A DNA stretch of 64,000 nt. Source: Protoeuglena noctilucae (lineage: Eukaryota). Numbering within the stretch: position 1 is the stretch's first letter; each line of letters opens with the position of its first letter. The position numbers and the translations under genes are program-made. The stretch lies in assembly GCA_958009085.1 (NCBI GenBank), contig OY253679.1, positions 744,001-808,000 on the forward strand. Reading direction: 5' to 3'. The notes under the pieces are model-generated. The model saw only the letters and a list, made by a program, of their open reading frames with translations, was not told the DNA's origin and did not search any database. Of this stretch, positions 24,718 through 37,338 are shown one piece after another.

Positions 24718-26961
24718 CTAGTCCTCCGCATGACCCGTGAATTCCGCGATGTCGTCCAGGGAGACCTTCAAGATCTCCGTCTCCTCCACCAGCACCGCCG
24801 CAGCGTTCACCTCCCTGTTCTTCCTGCAAAGGCGGCACAGCGGGCGCGAGCTGTCGCATCAGCGTGTAACCGATGCTGGTGGTTCCCAGGAATCGCGCCC
24901 AAGCGCAGCCCTCCCTCTCACCGCAGCAGCCGCCCCACCGACCCCCGGTGCTCTCCCCGCAGCACCAGCACCCTCCCTCCCTCTCCCTTGGGAACCACCG
25001 TCTCCAAATCCCCCTGGCTCATCCCCGTCAGCACCGCGCCCCCCTCGTCCATGGCCACCGTGCACACCCCCGGCACCGGCACGTCCGTCACGACCCCTTT
25101 CTTTAGGTAAAGCTTCCCGCCGCCCGCGTGCCGGTCCACCACGCGCACCCGGATCCCCGCAGCCACCCAGGAGTCCTCCGCACGCACGCGCTTCGCGGGC
25201 CGGCTCCCGCCCTCGCGCCCTCCGCCGTCCCTCCGGCCCTCGTCGCCGGCCCCCGACGGACCACCCCGGCCGCCAGCCCCGGAGTCCCCATGCCGGTCCC
25301 CATCCCTTCGCTTCTCCCCCCGCGCCTCCGCGGCTCCGTCTGCCCCGCCGCCGGACGCATTCCGCCGCCCTCCGATCTCCCCCAGCGCCCCGCACTTGAT
25401 CACGACCTCCTCCTCGCTGGGCAGGAGCCGCACCGTCGCCGTCTGCGGTCTGCCCCGCTCGCGCGCCCCCACGTGGAGAATCTCGCACTGGAGCCCCCTG
25501 TCCCGCCCCTCGACGACCTCCATCACCTTCCCCACGTGCACCCCAGGCCTACGCAGCACGGATGCGGGGCGGGTGTCAAGTCGAGTGCGCGAGTGGACAG
25601 CAGGGGTGCACGAGTGGATCAGACGCGCAGATGCGGCGCAGGGCCAGGAAGTGGGGCAGGGCGGCGGGCCAAGCGGCGATGTGGGGCCAGCTGTCGTCGA
25701 CCAGCCAAGCCCTACCCCGGCAGAGGCTGTCCTGTGCACGACGCGCCTCTCACCTGTCCTGCACCGTCGCCTTCTCCCCGATCCTCCGCACGTGCTTCTG
25801 CACGCCGCCCTCGTAGTGCACCTCGCCCCCACGCTTGTCCTTTCCAAAGTCGGCCGGCTCGGCACCCAGCCCCAGCCGCGAGTGCCTCTTCACGTGCTCT
25901 AACGGCGCCACGTCCTGCTTACCCCGCACGCCCTTCCCGTCCTGCCACCCCATGCCCCGCAGCAGAGCTTTGCCGAACTCCTGCAGACGGGCCGGGCGCT
26001 GCCGGTGTCGGTCAGGCCCGCAGGCGCTGACATGAAGAGGAAAGTGAGACCGCCGCACGCACTGCGCTTGCTCGCCGGACTCACCTCGACCGGCATGCCC
26101 TCGTACGCCCCACCCGATGGGGCCTCAGGCAAACTCTGCATGTCATCGAGGTACTTCTGCCGGTCTGCCTCCATGCGCGACACGGTCGGAAGCTCCCGTG
26201 GCTCCTGCGAGCAAGACAGGTGTGCGCTGGCGGGTGCGTGCGAGCCGGGCGGCCGCTGAGATGGGAGACCGCACCTGGCACACCTGAGGGGGTGCCGCTG
26301 ACCGCTCCCGCGCGGCGGGACCGTCGCTGGCGGTCTTCGGTCGCATGATATTCAGCCCGTAGGCCATCGTATCCTCCTTTTTCGCGTCCGTGCCCGCCTG
26401 GCGAGAAGCAGCGACGCGTGCTTCGCGTTGAGGGCACGCCCGCGCGCGCTTGGAGGCCAAAAACACGACGCGAAACACACGGCGGTTTGCAACTGAAACG
26501 CATAAATGACCAGGACAGCTTACTCGAGCGCGTGTCTGCAGCACTCGCCTCGAAACGGTCCTTTCCGTCCGTGGGTTCGTGATTCGTCGCGGGGGGCAGG
26601 TAGATGCCGCCTTCCCTGCCTGTGACCCTCCCCTTGCCGGCTTGAAATGTGTCTTCTGCGCGTGGTATCACCTGCAGGCACGGAATGTCCACCCATGCGC
26701 GGCGGCACGGCCCCGTCCGCCGGCAACGACAACGCTGGGCGCGGGACCGCACACCGACACTCAGCAGCGAGAACTCGGTCGATTCCGCGTATGGGAGTAC
26801 CAAAAGGTCGGCCTCAGCAATCGCACCTTTGGCCCCGCGCCCTTCGCGGCGTCCCCGGCCGCTTCTCCATCCCCGTCTCCATGGATGTTCAGTGCGACCC
26901 GTTTCTTGGCGCCCCCCGCCAGCTTGAACTCGCTCACGGACGGCTTCTGCTCGTCCACCAT
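24718..26961 (-). CDS. GPKOW: G-patch and KOW motif splicing factor (GPKOW / MOS2 / Spp2), multi-exon
   Basis: G-patch YEGMPVE-EFGKALLRGMGW..RLGLGA. C-terminal KOW/KIN17-like region SWVAAGIRVRVVD..LYLKKGVV..DLETVVPK..RVLVLRGEHRG..VSLDDIAEF. Confidence 0.88.
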
Positions 26962-27203
26962 CGCAGCGGCGCAGGTATCGCGGGCAGGCGAGCCCAGATG
27001 GTTCGTCTCAGTTCGCAGCCGAGCCAGGGGTCAGTGTCGCCGCTGATGGCGTGCACTGCCCCTCCCGTGGTATGGACTCGTCCATTTGCATGTCAGGATT
27101 CAAGGGAAGAGCTGGGTAGGGACCCTGAAAACCCTCCCCACAGCACAAACACGACGGCCTGTTAAAAGTAACACAAGCGAGCAGCGACTCCCCGTAACAA
27201 ACG

Positions 27204-28364
27204 TTACTCGTCCTCGGACGTGCCCGAGTCCTTGAACTTGGTCAGGAACACGTACGCCCCCGCCGCGCCCACCGCCGCCCCCGCCAGCCCCGCCAGCATC
27301 AGGGGCGATGCCGACGCAAAGAACGCATCAGGAGCCCCCGCCGTCCCCGCCTGCGCCAGCAGGAAGCGGCCGGCTCAGCAGCGCAAAGCGGGCGGCCCCC
27401 GTCGGCGCCTCACATGTTTACAAACACGCTTGCCGAGCACTCACCAGCATCTCCCTCTCCCGCACGGTGTACTTCCCCGGTGGCAGCTTAATGACCTGCC
27501 CCTCCGTCAGCTTGGTCAAGTCCACTCCCGGGTTCAATGCCTCCAGCTCCTCCATAAAGATCTTCCGGGGCCTAGCGATGTCCTCCGCCGTCTGCGAGAG
27601 TTGTTGAGGACCGTTCAAATCGGACGCGCGGGGAGGGGCTCGCACATGGGCAGCCGCGACGCGCGCGCATGGGGCTTTGGCTCACCTCCCCGGCCCGCAC
27701 GGGGTAGGTGCGGTAGCTGCGGGGGCCGATCCCGGACAGGATTTCCTTGTCACGCGAAGACAGGGCCCCGGCGGGGAGCAGAATGGTCTGGCCCTCTAAG
27801 ATGTACTCGGGGTCCAGGCCGTGGTTGAGAGCCAGCACCTGCGGGCGCGTCGAGGTCCTCTCGTCGCAGCGGCTCGCCGGGAGGAGAGCGCAAGAGGCTG
27901 AAAGACGAGGCGCGGGAGATGTCACCTCCGAGAGCTCGAAACCACGCTTCCGGCAGATGGAGAAGAGCGTGTCCCCCGAGCGGACCGTGTACGGACGCAC
28001 GATGAGGCTGGAGCGGCACACGTGGAGAGCCCGGCGCTGGCCGGAGACCTGCAAGCCTTCCCACGAAGGAGCGGGGTTAGGGCAGGCGAGGGCGCGTGAC
28101 AGAGGCGCGGACACTCTCGGGAGCACGCTCGGATGTCGCACATTAGGAAGCGACGGGCCTCCTTGCCTCCGCGCCGAGGTGCAAGAGCGATCGGCCCAGG
28201 CAACGTGGCGACGCACATGCACCCAGACCGGCTCCCGAGGCGCCCCAAGCAGGCCCTGAGCCGCGCGGGTCAACGAACCACTCATTCGGGTCCCGTAGAT
28301 GCCGTATCGACGCGGCACTCACCGCCAACGGGGCGGGCCGGAGGCCCAACACGCTCCCCCGCAT
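27204..28364 (-). CDS. Tandem (2x) LysM domain protein with C-terminal transmembrane helix; probable plastid transit peptide
   Basis: LysM1 YTVRSGDTLFSICRKRGFELSEVLALNHGLDPEYILEGQTILLP; LysM2 YPVRAGETAEDIARPRKIFMEELEALNPGVDLTKLTEGQVIKLP; TM segment LMLAGLAGAAVGAAGAYVFL. 5' exons approximate. Confidence 0.85.
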
Positions 28365-28609
28365 CTGCCGCGTGGGACACACGGACGGGGCAGCCCAGCG
28401 CCGCAGATGTGTCGCTCCTGTGTCACTCGATATTTTGGCTGGGCTCTGGGGGGCCGTCTCCGCGTCTACGAGGTTTCTCTGGCAAAAAATGCCGTCAGAA
28501 TCGGAATCCGCTCGCGCGAGCTGGCCTCTGCGCGCCCTCGCCCCCTCGACCCCATCTCCGGGTCACCCGCGAGACGCCAGTCGAGGCGTTGTCCCCCGGG
28601 GCGTCGAGG

Positions 28610-31498
28610 ATGAGCGCAATGGCCGGCCCGATGTCGCTCGCCAGGGGCGCAGCCCGGTCGGCATCCGGGCGGACCGATGGGCGGGGTTTGATGAGTTGCG
28701 GGAGGGCGGGCGAGATGCGGCCACGGTGAGACGCGGGGCAAGCGCAGGACGCTCGAGAAAGCCATCCGATGGCCTCCGAGTGCGGGCTCCAGCCTGGGGA
28801 GCTCGGGCGGCCCATTTGAAATCGCATCCCCCCGCGCGCTTGTGTAGCGCGCGAGGACCGCGCACGACGGACCAGTCCGGAACCCCCGTCGCAGAGTCTT
28901 GGCCTGTCGGGCATCCCGCAGCGAGGGGAGCTGGGTGGGGAAGGCGGCTGCCGCGGACGTCGAAACAGGGCAACTGGATGCCGTTTCGCGGGTGAGCGCC
29001 GCCATCCGACCCGCCGGGGCGCCGATCGGCGTGCCAACCCCAGAAGTGTGCACTCGGCCCTCGGGGCGCGCGCTTTCCCGCCCATGCCGGGCCCTGACGC
29101 TCGCCCACCGGCTTGCTTTGGATCGTTTCGGGCGCGTGAGCGTTAGGTGTCCCGAATGTAGGCACCGAGCGCGGCGCGGGGAGGGACGCAAGTGCGCCCC
29201 ACCTGCCCGGCGCGCTCGCGGGCGCACCGTCGGACCGACCGCTCCATCCTAGCGCGTTTCCGATCGCAAGCTCTCCGCGTGCCGAGTCGGCGGCCCTCGC
29301 CATCTCCCTGGCCCTCGCGTCCCGCCTCGCATCACACGCATGCGCCTCCCACCCGGGCTCGCCCTCGCTGCTGAGCGACGGCGCCGATGCCCTCGCCCGA
29401 TGGCGGCAGCGTGATCGTTTGCGGTCATGCGAGCGCTCCCGGCGTCCCCCGCAGGCCCGGCGCGCCCCGGTGAGCGAGGCGGTCCAGGAACGGGCGCTCG
29501 AGACGGCGCGCCCCGCGACCCCCGAGCCCGCCTCCACGAGCGAGATCTGTCGCTTCCTCGAGGGCCGCACGCTCTTCGTGACGGGCGCCACAGGCTTCCT
29601 GGCCAAGCTGCTGGTGGAGAAGGTGCTGTATGAGCAGCCGCGCGTGCGCAAGATCTACCTGCTGGTGCGCGGCGGGGGCAGCCAGGAGCGCGCGCGGCAG
29701 CGGCTGGAGGAGTCGCTGATGGGCAGTGCGCTCTTCGACCGCCTCCGCGCCGCGCACGGGGCGGAGTACGAGGAGTTCATGCGGAGCAAGCTGGAGGCGG
29801 TGGACGGGAGCATGGAGGCGGACGGGCTGGGCATCGCGGGGGCGGTGCGGGAGCGCCTGGAGGACGAGGTGGACGTGGTGGTCAACTCGGCGGCGACCAC
29901 GACCTTCGACGAGCGGTACGACCTGGCGGTGGGGGTCAACACGCTGGGGGCCCAGCGGTGCCTGGAGCTGGCGCGCCGGTGCCGGCGGCTGCGCGTGCTG
30001 GTGCACGTCTCGACGGCCTTCACGAACGGCCTGCGCGAGGGCCACACGCGCGAGTCGCTGTTCGAGGACGGGGCGACGATCAAGGCCGAGGCATCGACGT
30101 CGTCGGGGCGGCTGGACGTGGACGCGGAGGTGGCGCGGGCGCAGGGGCTGGGGGCCGCGGTGCGCGCGCGGCTGCGGGCGGCGGGGATGGGGGAGGAGGA
30201 GGCGGAGGCAGCGGCCGAGGCGGCGCTCCGGGACGAGGGCATGCGCGCGGCGCGCGAGCGTGGGTGGCAGGACACGTACGTCTTCACCAAGGCCATGGGG
30301 GAGATGCTCGTGCGCCGCGGCGCCGAGGCGGCGGGCGTCCCCTGTTGCGTGGTGCGCCCCAGCATCGTGGAGAGCTCGTACCGGGAGCCACTGCCCGGTT
30401 GGATCGAGGGCATCCGCATGGCGGACCCCATCCTCCTGGCCTACGGCAAGGGCCAGATCGCCGGGTTCGCCGCCGACCGCGACGGGGTGCTCGACGTGGT
30501 CCCCGCCGACTACGTGATCAACGCCATCCTGGCCGCCATGCCCCGCCACGCCCGGGGGTTCGGGGAGCGGCCCATGTCGGTGTACCACGTGGCGACGTCG
30601 GCCGCCAAGCCCCTCACGATCCGCAACTTCGTCGACGCCGTCTCCCGGCACTTCAAGCGCGAGCCCTTCCTCAACAAGGATGGCTCCCCGGTGGCCCTGC
30701 GCCCCATGGCCGTCTTCCCCAGTTCCGAGGCCTTCATTACGTACGCGCAGACCAACTACCTTCTCCCGGCCCTCCTCGCCAAGCTCAGGTGACACCCGGG
30801 GCACCTGCCCTGCGCTTCGCGCATGCTTGCTGGCATGCCATGCCCATGGGCTGGGGTGCTGAGTTGCTCTGGGGTCGCTGAGGTGGAGATGACAAGCGGG
30901 AAGCAACTGATAGTAATGCCTGGCAGCCATGTGCGAATGGATGAGAGCAACTAGCCCAGGGGCGTTGCTCGTGGCTGTGGGCCTGGCATAACGCGCGGCA
31001 CCTCCCCCGCCCCTCCCTCGCAGCCAGGACCTGCCTTGGGCCAAGGGGTCGTCGGAGATGCGCAAGATGTCCATCGTGGGCCGCAAGACGTTCGAGCAGC
31101 TGACCTACCTCTGTCAGATCTACACGGCATACTCCTTCTACCGCTGTCGCTTCGGCGTGGACAATACGTGGGGCATGTTTGAGGAGCTGAACGAGGAGGA
31201 CAAACGCCGGTTCAACTTCGACTTTGAGGTGAGGGCGAGAGGACCGGGGGGAAGCGGCGGGTGCCGGAGCGGGCGTGTGGGTGAGGGTTGCGCGAGGGGC
31301 GGGTCGTGGCATCGGTGTTGCGTGGCAACGGAGCCATGGAAGGGTACCGGGACGTGTTCTGAGGTGGATAGAGCGTAAAATGTGCTCTATAAGTGTCTTC
31401 GCTCACGGTGGCTGGTGCAGGACTTGGATTGGGACGACTACATGGAGCGCGTGCACATCCCGGGCCTGCGCAAGTACGTCCTGAAGGGCAGGCAGTGA
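28610..31498 (+). CDS. FAR: Alcohol-forming fatty acyl-CoA/ACP reductase (FAR; Male-sterility-2-like), multi-exon
   Basis: Motifs FVTGATGFLAKLLVEK, NSAATTTFDERYD, HVSTAF, DTYVFTKAMGE (YxxxK), RPSIVES..EPLPGWIEG, DVVPADYVINA and DWDDYMERVHIPGLRKYVLK*. N-terminal exons are transit-peptide-like. TGTAA at 31560-31564. Confidence 0.95.
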
Positions 31499-32498
31499 TG
31501 GCAGTGATGGGAACGATTGGAGTGAAGTGGACAGTTGCTGGGAGGGCACTGCCAGCGCATGTAATGCGCTATACTTCCGTTTCTTGTTCCGTGCTTAGCG
31601 CCCGTCCCGCCACCCTGCAGCTGTGCGGATGATGCCGCGCCCGCGGGTGTCGTGGCGCGTGATCGTGACGTGATGTCGTTTGGCCAGCTGCCTTGCCCTA
31701 GAGACTTGATGCGCGAGGACGGCGTTCATGGCTGGCCACCCTTGTGCAGGCGCTCAGCCTTCTCTGCCGTCGTCTTGAATGTTAGCCATCGCTGTAATCG
31801 GAGTTCAACGCGCAGCGGTGCGCTCACCGCGCGCCGGGGCGGGTCAGGGGCCCCTGGACCCCTCCACCACGACATGACATGAAAAGAGGCCCGTCACAGC
31901 ATCTGTCGCGAGTGCAGGAAGCGCGCCCACGGTCGCCAGGCAACTGGTCGCGAGGGAGCACGCGAGCCGGGCTCGGCAAACTGCGGGGATGCCGCTGCAG
32001 GGCCGCCCGGGCCGGGCAGGGTCGGCCGTGGGTGGGAGAGGCGTGAGGCGGGCCAGAGCACAAAACGTAGGGAATCGAGGGTACCACGGGCGGAGGAGCA
32101 TGCGAGGGCATTGTTATCGCAAAGAGAGCATCGACGTGGGTGTGGAGCAGTGGACGCGGATTACAGGAATTGCGCCGGCAGCGCGCAAAGACCGCCAATG
32201 GCGCGAGCGCGGGCGATGCCGGGCGCAGCAGGGGTTTATGGAGGACGCGTGCGGGGCATGCAGCTACTGCAGAGAGGGTAGACGAGCACGTGCGCGCAGG
32301 GGTGCTGCGCTTTGGCTCAAAACGCATCCAAGGGTATGCACGGCTGAGTATCCCTGGCCGCGCATGGCCGAGCACCGCCGATCGGGGATCGAGATCAGAA
32401 AATGGGGATGACGAGGGTGGCTGCCATTGCCTCTTTGGCCAGCAAAGACCTGGTGCAGCCCAGGCTCAGTCGAGGCTCAGTCGTGGCTCCGTGGGGGC

Positions 32499-35400
32499 TC
32501 AGTGGAGCGACTCCAGCCGGACGGGCTTGCCGACCCAGACGCACCAGGCGAGCTCCTTGGCCACCTCGGCCTTGTTCTGCCGGTTGTTCTTGGCGATGGC
32601 AAGCAGGGCCGCGGAGGCCGCCACCTGCGTGGCCGACGCCAGGCCTGACGGGTTCGGGTGAGAGCCCTGCGGGGGTGGAGGGCGGGAGGGGTGAGGTGGG
32701 GCAAGAGGTGCGAGGTCGGGCAAAAGGTGTGAGGTGGGGCAAGGGGCGCGACGTAGGGCAAGAGGTGCGAAGTAGGGCGAAGGGCGCGTGGGCCGTCGTG
32801 AAGAAAGCTGCGCAGCTCAGCCGTGTTCTTTGTTCTACTACTAACTAGTAGTAGCATGCACACGAGTAACCCCGATGGATGGCTCATCCTGGCGCCAGGG
32901 TGGGCTTCCAAGCACACCTCTTTGCAAGGGTGTGAGGCATCACGCAGCCACGCACCTGGGCCAGGAGGTGGACGAGGGGCCGCACGGCGCCGATGCGCCC
33001 GATCTTGATCCGCAGCCGGGCGTCGTTGGCGAGCCGCGCCACGAGCCACGCGCACTTGACCCGGCACCAGCGGCTCATGGCACGGGCGTCGGGGCCGCGC
33101 GGGGGCGTGGCGAGGGCCGCCTCGAGAGCCACCGCGTCCGGCGCACGCACCCCGCCTGCCTCCCGAGGGCGTCCGGTGGCGGTCGGCCCAGGGAGCGCCT
33201 CCCCCATGTCTGGGGGCTCCACCCACGCCTCCCAGGCTTGGACCGCGGGGGCCGGGCGGGTCGGGGACGGGTGCGGCGCGCGCGGGGGGTGCACGGGCTC
33301 CAGCGTGTGGCTGGCGGGCGTAGACAGGGCCTGCAGGTTGCGCCATCGGAAACCCTCAAGGTCCACGGCCTGCGGGACGGGCGACGAGGAAGCAAGGGTC
33401 AGGGAGGTGGCGAGAGCACGCAGTGCGTCGTGAAGGGCATTGTGACGGCATGCATAGGTACAGAGCTGCAGGTATACATGGTCTTGCTAGGAAGACACTT
33501 GGACCACATACACACGGTATATCACTCGCCTCGGTGAGGTCGCTGATTTGCCAGCGGTGGTCGCCCAGGTCGGGTCCCGGGAACGCCCTCCCCAGGGACG
33601 CGGCGAGCCACCCGTCGATCCACACGGCCGCCCAGTGCGTCAGGGACCCCGTGTCGATCTCTTCCGAGCTCACGTCAGGCTCGGGGTCTGCCTTGCGCGC
33701 GCCATTGCTGATACGGACGTCCACGCCCAGGGACACCTCCTCCCCAAGCACCTGTGTGGGATGGGGGCAGGGAGGGTCAGGGCAGGCGAAGCAGGCGGAG
33801 TCAGGTGTGTGATCTTCAGACCCAGGCAAAGCTGTGACGGTCAGAGACGGCGGGGTGGGTTGTGTGACACTAAGCAAGGCTGCGCCGGTCAGGTCGGCTC
33901 CCGCGCATCATCTGCAACCCATCACCCCGCGTGCCCCGCTCGCCTCAGCCAGGATGGGCGTGAGTCCCGCCTGCTCCATGTCGAGAAGCATGTCTGCTTG
34001 GAGAGACATGGTCTCCAGTGGCCGCCGCTGCCATCATGCGTTCGTAGTCAGGGCCGGAGCGCAGCAGCTCCACGATGGGCAGCACCACGCCCGCGCGCGA
34101 CAGCTGCCGGCGGATGACGCCGTGCTCCCGGCTNNNNNNNNNNNNNNNNNNNNNNNNNNNNNNNNNNNNNNNNNNNNNNNNNNNNNNNNNNNNNNNNNNN
34201 NNNNNNNNNNNNNNNNNNNNNNNNNNNNNNNNNNNNNNNNNNNNNNNNNNNNNNNNNNNNNNNNNNNNNNNNNNNNNNNNNNNNNNNNNNNNNNNNNNNN
34301 NNNNNNNNNNNNNNNNNNNNNNNNNNNNNNNNNGGCCGCGGGGGGCAGGGCGGCAGGAGGGAGGGCAGGGAGGCGGGAGGGCGGGGCGAGGGGGTGGGTC
34401 ACCAGGGCAGAGAGGAGCGGGTGGGAGCAAGCGGCCGGCGGGCGGGGCGCGGGTGGTGGGGGTGCAGGTGGCATGGGTGCTGCCGTGGGTGCGAGCATGA
34501 GCGTGAGTGCCGGCGTGCCGCCCCCGCCGCCGCCCCGCGTCCTGCGCGGCCCCGTGCCGCCCGCGGAGCCACCCCCGCCGGGCATGGGACACGACGCAGA
34601 CGGCGGCGGCCCTCCGCCCCCACCTCGCCGCACCGCCACGGTGTCCCCTGGGGCCCCGCTGCCCATGGGTGGCAGCGCCGTCGGCCTCCCTCGCCCCCCC
34701 GCGGAGTGGGCGGGGACCGGGTGGGAGGCGGAGGGCGGCAAGGGCAAGAGGGGCCCGCAGGGGCGGGGCCGAGGGCAGCGGTGATGCTTTCTTCGCTCGA
34801 TACGCATGATGTGGTCCTACACACACGATTGGCTTGAAAGCGGAATCGCAGCGCAGCGGGACTGTTGGGCTGGTGGGACTGTTTCACATCATGAACGAGG
34901 GCGCGTCGTCGTGGTGACGTACGAACTTGCTCATGGCGCTCCTGGCGTGCATGTCCTCGCACTCCACGATCTGCTCGAAGACGTCCTGGGGGATGCGCAG
35001 GAGAGGGCACGCGAAGGCCTCGAAGATGAGCGCCACCTCGCGCCCCGTCAGCGCGATCCCCAGCGCCTTCATGCACTCCCGGAACTCCGCCACGTCCAGG
35101 AAGCCGTTCTGGTCCGCGTCGAACCGAGCGAAGAGGTCCCGGCACAGCTGCGCCCTCTCCGCCGCAGGCAGGCCCCGGATGTCCCCCACGCGCGACGCGG
35201 GGGCCTCGGACGCCGGCAAGTGAGGTGAGGACGGCGAAGGCGCCTCGGACACGGTTTGCCCTGGGCGGTGGTGCTCGACGCGGTCCAGGACCCTCAGCGT
35301 CACGATGACGTCCTGCTGGGTGCCGCAGCCGCGGAGGTTGGCCTCGAGAGTCTCCAGCTCGTCCATCTCGTCCCTGCCGTGGCTGAGCTTCACCGTCAGG

Positions 35401-36015
35401 TACTCCAGAGCCTCTCGGCAGCTCTGGGAGCCCTCACCCGGGAGGCACGCGCTGCGGAAAGGGACGCGGGGGCCTTGTAAGGACGTGCAGGCTGCGACAA
35501 AGACGGTGCCCGGCAGCCAGAGCCCACTCGCCAGTGGTCAGAGAGCTCAGATGCGACCTTGCGCAGACGCTGGCTTACTCCGTCATCGCGTGCATGGTCC
35601 ACCAGCGTCTGGCGCAGGGACTGCTTACGCTTCTTGGCGAAGAACGCACGGAGCTGTCCCTGATGCCCGTCGTTCATGAACAGCTCAGCCAGGGGAGCGG
35701 AGGGCGTCTGCGCGTGAGGAGGGGTCCCTAACAACCTCCGTGAAACTGTGTGTGCCTCACTCTCCCGAATACCGCTAAGCTCAGGCTCCAGGACATTCTC
35801 GCGGACAGCTTTTGCAAATATTTCCTCAAATCGGCTGTCATCACACCGTTATATCGGCGCGTTCGGGCAGTCCCGCGTCAACAAAAGGCTCTCATTTGTA
35901 CTGCTCTCACCGCCCGTGAGCTCGGTTCCGACTTCCTCTCGCTGGTCGCAGCAGCACATGGAGGGGCCCTGCAGCCGGCGGGGCGCACCCGCGCAGCGAG
36001 CGCGGCGGCGCGCAT
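32499..36015 (-). CDS. EF-hand plus Armadillo-repeat-like protein, multi-exon, interrupted by an assembly gap; termini uncertain
   Basis: EF-hand LFARFDADQNGFLDVAEFRECMKALG. ARM-like segments IRRQLSRAGVVLPIVELLRSG, AWLVARLANDARLRIKIGRIGAVRPLVHLL and QVAASAALLAIAKNNRQNKAEV. GC-AG intron 33370-33529. Confidence 0.65.
32693..32787. repeat. Intronic minisatellite, 5 x 19 bp
   Basis: GAGGTGGGGCAAGAGGTGC-like units start at 32693, 32712, 32731, 32750 and 32769. Confidence 0.88.
34134..34333. other. Assembly gap (200 N)
   Basis: Run of N, followed by a G-rich low-complexity tract. Confidence 1.
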
Positions 36016-36235
36016 TTGGGAGGCGCGGACCGGCACTGTGTTTGTCCAGCGATGCGATGGACAGGGAGCAGCTGAACAGGGCGATGGTGATGTCTGACGC
36101 GCGTGAAGGGCGCAGCCCTCGGACCACAGGCCGCTGCGCAAAGTCCTTGCAACGAAACGCTGGAAGGGTGCCCCCTAGGTCGACACACGGCGTGTCGGCA
36201 CGTCTCCTCGCTCCCACGCCACGACCGGGCACTTA

Positions 36236-37338
36236 ATGGAAGATCGTCGCGCTGCAGCGTCCCTGGAATGCGCTGTTCGCGGGGGAACTACTCGACCACC
36301 AGACGCGGCGACCCACACCACGCGGGTGAGTACGCGGCGCGGGCCCAATGGTGTGCGCAGCGGGCCCGGCGGCAAGATTGCGTACCTGTCCACCTCCAGC
36401 GACCCGTCTTGCCAACTTTTCCACCTCCAGCGACCATGATTCGGAGCCTCTTGTCGCGGACGCGGTCCGCCTGTCTGGCGGACGTCGACGCCTTTGCTGG
36501 GCAGGCTCCCGGCTAGCGTCGTGCCTCCGCGACATGTCCGGACCATGTCCAGCACCGCAAAGGTGCTGAAGCTCATGAGTGAAGATTCGGCCGACTGGCT
36601 GTCCTCGCTTGAGGCGCGCGGGGTCGTCCTGCATCAAGTGCGCGAGGTCGAGATCGGCATTGAAGAGAAGGTCTTCGTTGAGGAACACGAACTTCGTGTG
36701 CTCAAGTCCCTGTGCCCCAACCTGAAGACGCTGACGGTCAAAAGATTGTCTTGGGACAAGAGACGTGCACCCCTGGCATTGGCGGGCCTGGAGCAGTTGT
36801 CTGTGGAGGCGAGCGAGTACCGCAAGGAGTGGTTCGACATGAAGAGCTTGCGGAGCATCAAGCTTCAAGGTCTGCGCGACAAATCGGACGAGTTGGTCAT
36901 CACGGCTGAGGACAATCTGGGTGCGGGCTGGCCGCGCGGACGTTCCTGGTCGCGGGAGGTGCATGCGTGCAGCGGCAGTCTGTGCAGCTGCATCGCTGCA
37001 CTCCCTTGCTCTCGCCCGCAGAGCTGCCCGAGCTCAAGCGTGCGGAGGTGCATGGCGTGAGCGGCATCCACCACGTCAGCATGCCCAAGCTCACGTCCCT
37101 TACGGTGTCCAGGGGGACCGTCGACTGCCAGGTGCTGGCGGTCAACGCCCCTTTACTGCAGGAGCTGGAATGCATGGAGGAGCTGACCAACATGGAGGCG
37201 CTGACTTCCCTGAAGCAGCTGCAGTCCTTGACGGTGGGCTACGTTGATGACAACTCGCAGGCGCTGAGCACCATCGTCAATGAACATCCGGCTCTGCAGC
37301 GGCTGGAAATTGGGGAGAAGCTTTATTTCTGGTTCTAG
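36236..37338 (+). CDS. Leucine-rich-repeat (RNI-like) hypothetical protein; 5' exons uncertain
   Basis: Repeated LxxLxL patterns: CPNLKTLTV, AGLEQLSV, KSLRSIKL, PKLTSLTV, PLLQELEC, KQLQSLTV, PALQRLEI. One clear intron ~36921-37021. TGTAA at 37499-37503. Confidence 0.65.

Noticed and set aside
29425..31086. Long antisense and alternative-frame ORFs (e.g. 553 aa opposite FAR, 487 aa opposite NTR, 387 aa opposite IFT54)
   Set aside because: These are shadow ORFs expected from high GC3 codon bias. They are low-complexity and show no domains.
33834..34826. ORFs spanning the N run
   Set aside because: These are artefacts of translating through the assembly gap.
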